From Chlorokybus atmophyticus (taxonomy: Eukaryota > Plantae > Mesostigma and Chlorokybus algae), in the NCBI GenBank assembly GCA_009103225.1, contig RHPI01001965.1, positions 139,114 to 203,113 of the forward strand: a stretch of 64,000 bases of DNA. The letters are read 5' to 3'. This document shows positions 11,784-23,168 of this stretch, in pieces; the first letter of the stretch is position 1; every line of letters starts with the position of its first letter. The notes beneath the pieces were generated by a model that saw only the letters and a program-made list of their open reading frames with translations, searched no databases and was not told the DNA's origin. The position numbers and the translations under genes are program-made.

Positions 11784-13393
11784 ACGAGCTCAGTACCGAT
11801 AACTTTATGAATACTCAAAGTAGTATGATGAGATGATCAAGGCACTCATAAGTGACTCGGAGTCCCGGCACCTATGAGTCATCATGCCAGACACTCACCA
11901 TACTTTAATGGTAAAACTAATCAGGTTGCTAATTCAAAATATTAGGTCATGACATTGAATAGTCAGTAGTCACTAACAAGTGGAAATCACGCGTGAGCAA
12001 GACTATATATGGTGATAGCATCGTTCATGTGGCTAGTTGCTTGGTGACGATTTGGGCTCACCCTGCTGAAGAGTAACATGCACCCACGCGCGCGCACGCA
12101 CACAAACGCGCACGCCCACACGCACACATGCGCGCGAGTGTGCACGCACACTGACCTGCATCCACGCACACGCGTGTGCCATGCACACGTGCGTACACGC
12201 AGGAAAATGGTTGATGCGCTGTTGTTACTTGCGACTTGGGCAAGGGGGTAAACGCCAGGGCTAGTGATACTGACAACAAGTATATTGATCAAGTACAGTC
12301 AGTCGGCAAATGTTACAAGGTAAGTCTAGCGTCCACGCCTGGCAAAGTGTAAGGTAGATTCATCAGCTGTGCCGCTGCTCCATTATATATGTGACCCTCA
12401 CCACATCTCCGCATGTGCACGTCGACCAAAGCTGGACCAACCAAGCAGTACTGTAGCCCAATACTGCATATTAATGCAGTATTGGAAACATGGTCTGTGC
12501 TGCGATCAAGTGGTACTCAGCAACCCTGCGATGTTCTGCCATGTTCATGTTACAGTGCTGACAGAAGTCTCGTTTCAGCACAACATGCAGGCAGCAAGCT
12601 GGCATACGATTGCAGCTATGCCGTAGCCGCCGCTTCCAGGTACATGCTGCCAGGTACATGCTGAACAAAAGCGAAGCAAAAGATAACAGTGCGTTGCCAC
12701 ACAGCACAAATCCCCATTCCTTCTGGTATACATAATCAATCATCCACACATGTCGCACTGCGCTATCTCCCCTCCGTGCCCATTCCCTGCCTTGTACCTA
12801 AGCCGCTCACACATGCGTGCGCACGGGTCGTGCATACAAGCATTAAATGCATGGACTGCGCCCTGTAATGATAAGTTGTTGAAGATGAAGCTGTACACAG
12901 CTTTCTACTATTCATCAGAATGGTTTTCTTGGGCCAGTTGGACGCGTCTGCGCAAAACAGGCAGTACTGCATTTCACCAAGCAGCAGTTCTTCTTATGTA
13001 CATAGGACCAAAGCTAGCTAGGCCGACTAAGCAAAGATTCCACGACAGAAGGAAAACCTACACCAGTCAGCACATTGCATACAAGGTGGAGGGGAACACA
13101 CTGTACACTCCCTTCTCCCGCCCTGCTCTGCCCCACGAGTCACCTGCGCCACCTGAAAGCATCAGCATGTCAGCCTGGTAAACTTGGCAGGCTGAAATGT
13201 TTGCAACGACCGCCAACAGCCGTCAAGAGAAGTTGGCTGTGTAATGCCACATGGTTCTATGTGGCATTTTTCGCTGACTAACAAGCAAGATGCAAGGACA
13301 ATCTTGCCAGTGGCGGAGTCACTGCGGCGCGTGTCAAGATCTTGACAACAAGTGTGAAGGTTAATGCTGGTGGTTACCTGTTGGGAGACTCAT

Positions 13394-14272
13394 CTAAGAG
13401 ATCTGGACATCCTGGGCCTGTCGCTGCTGCTCGCCTTCCTCCTTTTTGCCGACACTTACAACGAGCACACCATCCTGCAAGGCACGCAGTAAGCACCCCA
13501 ACACTCGAGTCATGCCACGCCTTCAACATACACAGCTGTTTGTAACCAGCTGTGTATCCACCCAAACCATCTCTACCTCAATCTTTGCAGACACTTTGCT
13601 GGGGTCAGCGTTTTGAGGCAGGCGGAAAGAGCGCTCAAACTGCCCCATGCCACGCTCCGAGCGCTGGACTGTGGCGTTCTCCTGAAGTTGTGGCTGTGGA
13701 AGTGCCAAGCAGTCACTTCAAATGAACTCCAGCAAAGACACACACGCATATGCTAAGCACGTGTGCATGCCAGGGCACTGACAGGCGAAAACCATGGCGC
13801 ACCGGCTGACGCTCGCCAGAGATGTTCAGCACACGGCCCTCCAGAACCTGCACCTTCATGTTCTCCTTCTTGACGCCGGGAACGTCTGCAAGCGCGAGCT
13901 CAGGTCGTTCAGATTGCATCAGAATGCCATGTGTGCATGCACCGATAGCCGTGCAGTCCTCAAGCAGGCAGGCATGCATGCATGCGTTGCCGGATATTGA
14001 TGGACGCAAAGCAGCGATACCACTCGCAAGCGCATGCACGCGCTCAAACACTCACCCATCAAGAATTCGTATCTGTCTGGGTACTCGATGATGTCGACGC
14101 CGGTAGCCATCCTGCGCTGTCCGCGCTCGCCCTGGGCGCCCTTGCCTTGGCCTCCGCCGCGCCTGCCCGCCCCGCGGGTGCCCCAGTCCAGGTCGATGTC
14201 GAAGGGGAAGCCGGCGAAGCTGAAGGGGTTGAAGAGGTCGTCGTCGAAGAAGCCCCGGAGTGCCAGCGCCAT
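13394..14272 (-). CDS. HSP20: Small heat-shock protein D (divergent, Gly-rich N-terminus), 4 exons
   Basis: MALALRGFFDDDLFNPF...VDIIEYPDRYEFLM | [28 protein letters not shown] | ...[27 protein letters not shown] | DGVLVVSVGKKEEGEQQRQAQDVQIS*. Confidence 0.92.
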
Positions 14273-15083
14273 GTTGTCGCGGTTGGCGCAAGGGGCACAC
14301 ATAAAGCCTTGCGGTGAGGTGCAATCCCGAGCTTTGAGTTGCACACACGACCAGCAGCGCACACAACCGAGCTGACCGCGCAAACACAAACAGCTTCGCA
14401 ATCCTACTATATGTGTAAGGCTTTGTTGGGTTTGTATGCCTCGCCTGCTCCATCCAGCACCGCACTCACCGTTGATGGGCACCTTTCAAAGAGCGCTGTG
14501 GTATCCACCTCAGGCTACTGCTGGTTTGCGACGACGACATGACTGACTCAGGCTCCGATGACGTCATGAAGACACCTGACCAAGAATATGTTCTGCCGAC
14601 ACATTTGTGCCAGAGGCCTCCTTCTTGTCAGGGCCGCAGTCGCCATCGTCAGCAAGGACAGCGCTAACGCTAGCGCTGACGCCGCGCAAGGCGATGCAGG
14701 CGCTGCAGCCGTGATGATGTCAACAGGAAGAGATCTTCGGTCTCCTCTCCCCCGCCGCCGGGCTGGCAGAGCAATTGCGGCGCTGGCCTGGCAGCAAACA
14801 CACTCTCATTGCCAATCAGTGCTCATGCATGATGCACAGCAGCGTGGCTGGCGCCAAACGTCAGACCTGGCTGACAGCTGCTGGCAACGAGAGAGTGTCG
14901 AAAGGTTTCTGGCTGCGAAACCTCTCCACATGCTGGAATGGGGGTAGTACAGTAGTAGTAGAGTTTGTTACTGTGTGCTGCTGCTTGGTCTAAAGCTGCT
15001 TTGGTCCACTGTGGCGCCCAGCTTGAAGTTCGGGGTGTGCGTCCGCGTTTGGATCTTGGCCTCCAGACCAGTTGCCAACGACC

Positions 15084-16022
15084 ATGGCACTGACCGCGTC
15101 CTCCTTGCTGCCTCGCCTCTTCGACGATGACGACCTGTTCGGCGGCCTGCTGGACGTTGGGGGCGACCGTCGCCGCCGCCGCCGCCGCACGGCGGACACC
15201 GACTGGATGCCCATGACCACCACGGGCGTCAACGACAGGACCCTCAGCAACCTGGACGTGGACGTGGACATCATAGAGAGGCCCGACCGCTTCGAGTTCC
15301 GCGTTGGTAAGACGCTTGTGCACACGTATGCATGCCACAGTGTGCATGTGTGCATGCGGGAAGGAAAGTCTACCAGAATCATTCGAGTGGTGGCTTCGCC
15401 CTCCGTGACAACTACTGTGCATGCATGCAGACCTGCCGCCCGGTACTGGAAGGGAGGACGTCCAAGTCCAAGTGTTGGACAATCGCCACCTGGCCATCAC
15501 TGGAGAGCGCCGAGAGGCAAGGCAGCCCTGCATGTGATGCCATAAGCGGACGCGTGTCAGCTGTGTGCATGTAGTGCTTAGCGCTTGGGGCCAGTCATTG
15601 GCTTGGCGCTGTATGCAACAGGAAAAGAGGCGAGACGAAGATCAGTACCAGCTGGTGGAGCGCCGCTACGGCCGCTTTGCTCGCGTCTTCCGCCTGCCTC
15701 GGAATGTGGACACCAGCAAGATTGACGCCAACCTTGACGTGCGGGACCGTGAGCAAGTGGCTTGGCAAATGCCAGTGGCACACTGCATGCAGTTTGGGTA
15801 GCATGCAATGTGCCACCGCTAGACATGTCTGTTTGCATCCGGCACCTCTGAACAGGATACCAACTTGCATTGTAGCCGACATGGTTTCCTATGAGCGAGA
15901 TGACCCTCCTTGTTGATCGTTGGCAGAACGGCCAGCTGGTGATTACTGTGCCCAAGACGGGGGATGCGCCTGCCGGAAACGTGCAGGACGTGAACATTGC
16001 CTGCCCCTGCCTTGAAACCTAA
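15084..16022 (+). CDS. HSP20: Small heat-shock protein E (divergent, poly-Arg N-terminus), 4 exons
   Basis: MALTASSLLPRLFDDDDLFGG...DRRRRRRRT...VDIIERPDRFEFRV | DLPPGTGREDVQVQVLDNRHLAITGERRE | (GC donor) EKRRDEDQYQLVERRYGRFARVFRLPRNVD...NLD | NGQLVITVPK...DVNIACPCLET*. Confidence 0.92.
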
Positions 16023-16533
16023 GGTACAAGTTCACACCTCAGCTGCATGCGGCCTGCCTCAGTCTTGTTGCATTGCTTGAGCAATAGCAATAAACTTCAT
16101 CAGCAACGGGTGACCTGTTGCTGATGAAGTGACATGCTCCTCCTGTGCACTGTGATTGTGACACGACTGACTCGCGCTCTCTTGCACCTGAGCCTGAGTG
16201 CAGAGGTATCCGGCTGCAGTCAGCGCCTCTCTTGCGGTGTTGGCTTCTAGAGTTGTGGGCTTGAGGAGACCACCTGCAACACTCCCTGGCGTGCAACACC
16301 TGCCAGTTGTACAGATGCGGGAACGCATGTAGCTTTGTAGTTACTGCTCTAGGGAAGAGTGCCACCACTTGCGCACAGTGGCGGTTTATAGCAGACGGAG
16401 GCATGTACAGAACTGGTGTGTTTGCACCTAGATTGCTTTGCAAAAGCGGTGTTGTACGCTGGAAGATTTTGTGTGAACAGCTGCTGCTCAGTCCAACAGA
16501 ATGTGGAATGCAATGGCATACCCAACCCCCCAA

Positions 16534-18549
16534 TCAGCACATTGATTTCTGTGCAATCGGCACTGCAATTGCACACTGCACAACATCATGGATGCTCGTG
16601 TTGGTCGTATCCACAGCCTGTGAGAGTGACAAACCATCCATTCCGCTTATGCATTCACTTCGCTGTCCAGATGTGAGTGCTTTGCCATTGGACCAAACCA
16701 AGGTTGACACAGTGCACTAACCTTGACTACTAAGTCTGGTCGGTCGTATTCTCTCTGCGTGTAACAGACTCAGAGGCTGTAGTACTGTACTACCACAGTA
16801 TCATGCAACGATGCGCATGCATGCAATCTACCGGTACGCTCAATGTGCCACTCACAGCTCGCCCCCTCAGGTGCGGACACCGCCCTGGCAGCGTGAATTG
16901 CGATGCGGGTGGGATAGAGCAGCGGCCGCGGCGGGTTGCGCGGGCGCGCATGCGCTGCTCAGCAGGCTGCGTGTGCGAGGGTCACCCTCAACGCTAACAC
17001 GGAGTTAGTGGTGTGTCAGTGCCGCATCAACGTGTGTCGTGGACGCTGCGTGCGTGCGCATACATGCCGCCAGTGGTGGGCATGACATGCGTAGCAGAAC
17101 AGTGAAGGCATCCGCATGGGATACTTGTGCTACTGTACACATAGTGTACAGAGTATGCACGTGATGTATGCAACATGCACGACACATGCATAGACACTTA
17201 AACCACAACCACACTCACCTCTATCACGACCACCGGGCTAGGTGCACACTACCTACTACTTCACTACTCTACTGCCCGACGTGTGCGACTCACCTTCATT
17301 TGCTGCACAACGCGCTGCACTGCCAGAAGAAACACAAGGTCAACACCGCGCCTACCTTCCGTACGCACGATGACGCTCAGAAAGAGTCTACGCTTACACG
17401 CACGCATGACTCACTGTAAGCGTGGGCTCCGAGCACGCGCATAAACAAATGCGCACGCACATGCACGCATATCATGATGCACGCACTCGCTGAATGTGCC
17501 ACACTCACTGGTCATGATGTGTGTGCTGATCACTACATGGTGCAGAACGCGTGCCTGCCTGTTGTACACTTGCATGTGCTGATCACAGATCCCTTACACG
17601 CGCACATACACATGCAGCCATGCACTCAGAAACGTGCATACACATGATGACACACATGTGTGTACACGCGCACTCTTGCGCGCACATATATTCATGCATT
17701 TGCAGAAGCACAGACACATGCGTAGACGTATTCGCACGCACGCATGCACAACATCACATACACAGCCATACACACATTGTGCGCATATGCACACGTACAA
17801 ACCATGATATTCATATTCCACTCATGCTGACCGCGTGCGGTGCTGCCTTTACCCCTGCATGTGCTGGCAGGGATCCCACACATATGCACACGCGTACCAG
17901 ACCGGGATGTGGTCATTGTCATGCTGGACACCGACTTCCTTTTATTGCAGGAGACGACGAGCCGTCATCACACGACAGCAAAAGCGCCACATGGTCCCAC
18001 GCAAATTGAGCGAGACGATTGTTGAAACAAGCATAGGAAGCTGCACCTGCATAACTATCCACCACCAAATGCAAATGCTTGCGCACAAACAGCCCAGAAC
18101 ACAAGAACGGCTTACAGAACAACCCTTTGTGGGTTTGACATTGATTGGCAGCATTGGCAACAGGTGAATACATCAACCGCGGACACTGTAAACAGCGATG
18201 TAACCATTGCGACGCACCAACCAAAACGTCACGCACCATGCAACCGGACGTAACTCAATCAGCTGTTGCAGCCTTCACTTCCAGTGCAACTGCAGCAAGA
18301 TACAACAGCCATGCTTCAGCTTTCAGCTTCAGCTTTGTACACTTCAACATTGCACACGCTCTGCGCAGCAGAACCGTCTGCACATCAAGTGAAAGCCCAG
18401 TCAGATTGTCACATTGTCCCATAACATGCCACGTTGGGAGTCTCAGCTCGCATATACTCACGCCATGTCGCCACCGCCGCCGCCGCTACTGCAGGATGCT
18501 CACCTTGCATGAATGATGACTTGCAGGCTGCAAGCCGAGCAGCCATCAT
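16534..18549 (-). CDS. Putative micro-exon gene of unknown function (structure unresolved)
   Basis: Repeated minus-strand GTGAG/GTAGG donors and pyrimidine-CAG acceptors (16.85, 17.22, 17.29, 17.35, 17.41, 18.46 kb) frame short open segments (LFLSVIVRTE, QRVVQQMK, PVVVIE, terminal AVDTTNTSIHDVVQCAIAVPIAQKSMC*). Candidate start MMAARLAACKSS. I could not assemble a single confident frame. Confidence 0.35.
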
Positions 18550-18771
18550 GGCTGCAGGCACTGCCAGCGACGCGCGCTGCAGCCTCGCGGAAGCAAGCCA
18601 CGCCCGGGCAGACGCACATACATATAGAGCTGCTTGTGTTGCTTCAGGGCAGCTCAGCTGTGCAGTGCTTCGGTGGCTTCGTGTTGGCGGTGGCGGCGGC
18701 GGCGGGAGTGGCGAGATGAGCTTGCTGGCTTGAAGGCGGACAACCGTCTGATCCCTGATCAAGACTGAGAC

Positions 18772-19958
18772 ATGGCGCAGGGACGGTCACTGGGCCCCTC
18801 CACTTCCGGAGAGTGCAGCAGGTAGGTGCAGTACTGCTGTACGCTCGTACATGCACAGCCTCCACTGCTTGGCTGTGCCTATCTGACATGCCAGTGTCGC
18901 CAAGCAGCCGACAAGGCGCTGCCGGATTCTGTTATTGCTGCTCGGACTGTGCATGCTCTTGCTTATAACATGCACGTAAGCGCATGCACAGCGAGCTGCC
19001 TAAAAGACAAGTTACTTTGCCTTTGCATAACGATCATAGTGGGGGCTTGAGCATATGCCAGGATACGCTATTGATTGTTGTCGCGTATAGCATGTTGCAA
19101 CTGTCCAACTTGTTTCTAAGCGTTGTATGTACGTTGCAGTTCGGCATATAAGGTCACATAGCTGCTGTCTTGCAGATATGCGCAACTTATAATACTACTG
19201 GGAGTTACTATCAAAGGCGAGCTGGGCTTCCTTTGCATTTGCTGGTTGATTGCGTGCTGGCGTTGAGTAGCTTGTATGTTTGCAAGCTAAGTGTTGTCAT
19301 CGCTAGTGCCGAGCTGGTGCATGCCATCGATGGCTACATTTTTGAGGCTGCGCGCACGAAAGCAAGAGCTTTACGTGATGATGGCGAGAATCATGGCCCG
19401 CAGAAGCAGCAGCGCCCCTCGTATCGTTTCCACTATGACTCTCCCGGCACCTTAGAAGCTGCGCCATTACCGACCCTAAGGCGCGATGACAAGCTGAGAG
19501 CATACTGTGTGAGACTTTCTATACCATGACTGTTTGCTTGTAGGTGTGGATGGTGTTCAAGCTGCTTGAATATCGCTTTGGTTGTAACTGATTTTTGTCT
19601 CTGTTCGCAGAGCATGTTGTACGACATTTGCCAGTATGAAAAGCAGCGCAGTTCAGAAGACAAGCAGCAGCAGCAGCAGCAGCCTGACCACTCACAGCAC
19701 CAGCATGGCGGACCAATGCAGTGCCACTTCGACCGCACTTGTCCCTTTTTCTCAGACAAAGCCACAACTGTGGTGAGTTGTTGTCTCAGTAAGCATAATA
19801 TCTTGATGATGCCTGACCATGCCGACTCTGAGTCAGAACGTTGTGACAACATTGCTCTGTATTGGTTGTTGACCCTGCCCACTCTTCAATCTTTCTATAC
19901 AGGAGCGAACTTTTATGCGACAGGTGTTGAAGCATATGTCATGCAAGTCTGCAAGTGA
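18772..19958 (+). CDS. Type II membrane protein of unknown function, multi-exon
   Basis: MAQGRSLGPSTSGECS | SVAKQPTRRCRILLLLLGLCMLLLITC (signal anchor; splice phases compatible), then exons ICATYNTTGSYYQ, AELVHAIDGYIFEAA..., SMLYDICQYEK...CHFDRTCPFF, SFYTGANFYATGVEAYVMQVCK*. Confidence 0.6.
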
Positions 19959-21302
19959 CATGCCAGACAACTTGATAGCTTTTGCGGGACGGAGAGCTGG
20001 GGACCGGTGACATGCACGCGGTCACAGTGCACTGCGTGGCACGCTTGCAACTGCAGACAATAGGTCAGAAGTGCACTGCTACTGACTTGTTTGGGTGCAT
20101 GTCGTCAACCAGTTGATGCTTAGGAACTGCATTCATGCAGGGTGCATTTACGACAGTAGAAGTGTTGCGCTAGTGGTGGTATCCGGAAATTTGGTGATGT
20201 GGCTGCTATGACTGCTATGACTTCGGTTGTGGTGCGTGTGAGAAATGGCCAGAAGAAAGGAGATACTTCAAGGAACTGGCAGCCATGGAGAAACCGCGTC
20301 TACGCTGCTGGCGATGCAGCCTGGTGTGCTGGCGGCGCGTAAGCAATGTGGTCACTGGCTTGATGACGTGAACTTTGTCAGTCATTGTCGGCAGTTGTGC
20401 GATCTAAAAATGTTGTGTGTATGTCAAATGTTGCGTAACTGTCGTCCTTTTACTTATAGCAATCATGGTCTTTGGAGCTCGTGGGATTGTTGGTGTAGAC
20501 TAAATAATGGGTAACCTAAGCTGACTTCAACCACGTATGCAAGCAGTACCAAGCACCATGTCGCCGCATTCCGATGAAAGCGCCACTGCGAGAATACGCA
20601 CGTGTACAACCATTCAAGTAGTCTGCACTTCGTTGGACGCATTGCTTCAAAACTACAGCACAAGGACTGCCCTGCATGCGGTTCACACTAGCATGACATA
20701 TACCACGGTTAGGCTGAGCGAGGGAATGTGGCGAGCGTGTGCAGCGGCAACAGCGAGGTACCGCAGGAGATGCTGAGGACAAAGGCAAATACGTTGTGAG
20801 CTGTGAGAGCTGTGATACGACGTGTGCTGTGGGAGATGTGCCTCAGAGGTGTGACAGTCAGCGGCAAATGCTGACCACATCCATGTACATTTTTATAGAT
20901 CCAGTGCTTCCATAACCATTTCGTGGGGTGATGCTCTGTTTGCTTGAACAAAAAGCGGTTGTATAATACAATGCAGCTTTGGGTTGGCATGCATTGGCAC
21001 AGATTTTGAAGTGCAACGAGGACACTCTGAGAGCACATGTGGGTGGCGCCACAAGGACACAGATGGCACATGCACTTAAAATGCGCGTGGCATATGCCCG
21101 GTAGGGTCAGTCTCAACACTTGGCAGATGACACAAGTTCACTGAACAAGTAGCAGACAAACTGACAGTCATGGCACATGAGGTCTTGAACAACATATGTT
21201 GGCACAGCAGCATATCCCTTTTGTATACTGTCTTAAAGAAGCGAGCTATTTACAAGAGTAGTACATAGCGACCATCGGCCAGAATCCCAGAAACTACGTC
21301 TA

Positions 21303-21980
21303 TCACTGAACTTCAACTGTGATCGTCTTGGGCGTCTCTTCCTTGCGCTTCGCCACGGACACCATCAGCACGCCGCCGTCGTGCTTGGCGCTGGCTATGC
21401 TGGCATCAACCGTTTTCGGCAGCTTGAACGTCCTCTCGAATGTTCCGAACTTGCGCTCCAGTCTGTGCCACTTGTCATCTTCCTGGACCGCACCCTGTAG
21501 ATGCAAGCACAGTTGGTGAGCACTCCGCAAGTTCAAAAAACAGTGAGAGTTAGGAACGCTTTTACAAGACACTCACCCTTTTGCGCTCGCCGCTGATGCT
21601 GAGGACTCCGCCTTCAAGAACCTGGACTGCGAGGTCCTCTTTGAGAAAGCCAGGTACATCTGCAGGCCAACATTCGTTAAGCACTCGCTCTGTCACAGCG
21701 TGTATGCTACATTTCTGTCAGGCAACCACCGGTGCGGCACAGCCACACACACACACGGTGAGCGTTTTCAATCACCTGCATGGAACTCAAAGGCGTCTTG
21801 GCGCTCCACCACGTCCACATTAACAACCATCGTGTTGGTGGCCGTTGCGACCTTGGCGTCTTGATCTTGTTGTTGATGCCTCAATCTGTGCTGTGACGAA
21901 GCCTTGCTGCAGCCCTTCTCCCCCGCCAGCGCTGCACCGTCCAGAGGCAGCGCCACCTCCCACACAGCCATGCACACCAT
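21303..21980 (-). CDS. HSP20: Small heat-shock protein F ('WEVALPL' subtype, paralogue of C), 3 exons
   Basis: MVCMAVWEVALPLDG...VDVVERQDAFEFHA | [28 protein letters not shown] | ...DKWHRLERKFGTFERTFKLP...KTITVEVQ*. Confidence 0.94.
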
Positions 21981-22129
21981 GCTGTTTAACAGACTGAGTG
22001 CAGCGTCTCTGGCTCACACCGAGGTCACGCACACTGTCCTGCCAACACTTAGGCCTACTAGCGCTTAATCTTGCCCCTGCGCCTACGCCGCCTCGACTGC
22101 CACTGTGTCATCAGCAGGAGAGCCATGTG

Positions 22130-22350
22130 GGTATGTATATACCACGCCACCGCAGGGCGGAAGCTCCGAAAGGGGACGCGCTGGAAGCTTCCGTTATAGC
22201 ACGAGTTGCGCGAACGCTCTGGAAGCTCCACTCTATTGGGCGCACGTGACGTCGCGTCACTGGAAGCTTCGCGCTCGGGTTCTTGACGTTCCAAGTCGGA
22301 AGTTCGTCACTGCCGGAAAACAGCGAAAGGAAGTTTCCTGGTCACGTGAG
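22130..22350 (-). promoter_or_regulatory. Dense HSE array, G-boxes and TATA upstream of sHSP F
   Basis: GAAgcTTC 22184-22191 and 22263-22270; GAAcgCTCtgGAAgcTCC 22212-22229; CACGTG 22243-22248 and 22343-22348; TATATA on the minus strand near 22135-22140. Confidence 0.82.
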
Positions 22351-23168
22351 CGATGCGCTAAGACTCGACAGTGTAAACTTGACGGATGGGGTGTCGTGGG
22401 TATCTGTACTTCTAACACAAGGTCGGGTAGAAGTTTAAGCTAACGTGAGGGTTTTCTTTGCGTTTGGTGCATAGCTGTCGTCCCATGCGAGGGATCGATT
22501 TACATCCAACGGGAAGTGTCGTCTGTGTTTGGTGCTTAGCTGGTGTTACATGCTCAGCACAAGCAGAGTGAGCTGCGGCGGTGTCGCCAGCGCGATCGGC
22601 GGGGGGGAGGGACTTTTTGCTGTACATGTCTGCTGCAGTTGGACACGCTGTTGGTATGCATTGTGACTAGCTCTGTACTCAATGGCAACTTGCCGGAACG
22701 CTCTCTCTTTCGCAGTAGTGCCCAACAGCCAGTGCAGTAAGAATTACGTGCAAGAGTAACCAAGCACAAATGGTTTGTCATAACGAGACAGCTTGAGACA
22801 GCATCTTGCACGTTAGTATCTGCTGTGAAAGACCACCATGCCCGAAGGCATAGCAGCAAGCTCCGCCAGTACGCGTAGGTGACATGTTACATTATGTGCG
22901 TGCAGCTAGGCACCTAGTTCTAGAGCGCTTGCGACAGTTCCATGCAAGTACGAACTCATCATCATACAGTGTAAACAGTACACGTCAACGCAAAACCAAC
23001 TTTTGCATTACAGAGGGGTAAGGTAACACCATACTCCAGTGTGTATGGCACCAGGGTACAGAGTCTTGGCAAATAAGCTATTGGCCGAGGATCATCTAAC
23101 CTAGATGGGTGAAAAAGTGTGTCCACAAGACAACTATGGCTGCTACTGTACACGCCACGCAACACTGC

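Noticed and set aside
12636-12663. 14-bp tandem duplication CCAGGTACATGCTG x2, a possible excision footprint
   Set aside because: Replication slippage explains it equally well; no associated element.
17420-17830. CA/GT-rich quasi-repeats (cacgcacatg...) here and in many introns, giving His/Thr/Cys-rich ORFs; checked as a possible CRISPR-like or satellite array
   Set aside because: Degenerate low-complexity intron sequence with no fixed repeat-spacer period.
19880-19958. TLDc-like C-terminus (GANFYATGVEAY) in the type II membrane protein
   Set aside because: The resemblance is limited to a few residues, other TLDc motifs are absent, and the luminal topology does not fit.
20245-21119. Protein-like short ORFs between the type II gene and sHSP F
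   Set aside because: Several competing frames with no consistent exon chain; cannot be supported without transcripts.
22480-22520. GGGATCGATTT resembling a tRNA/Pol III B-box
   Set aside because: No cloverleaf or A-box at a suitable distance.
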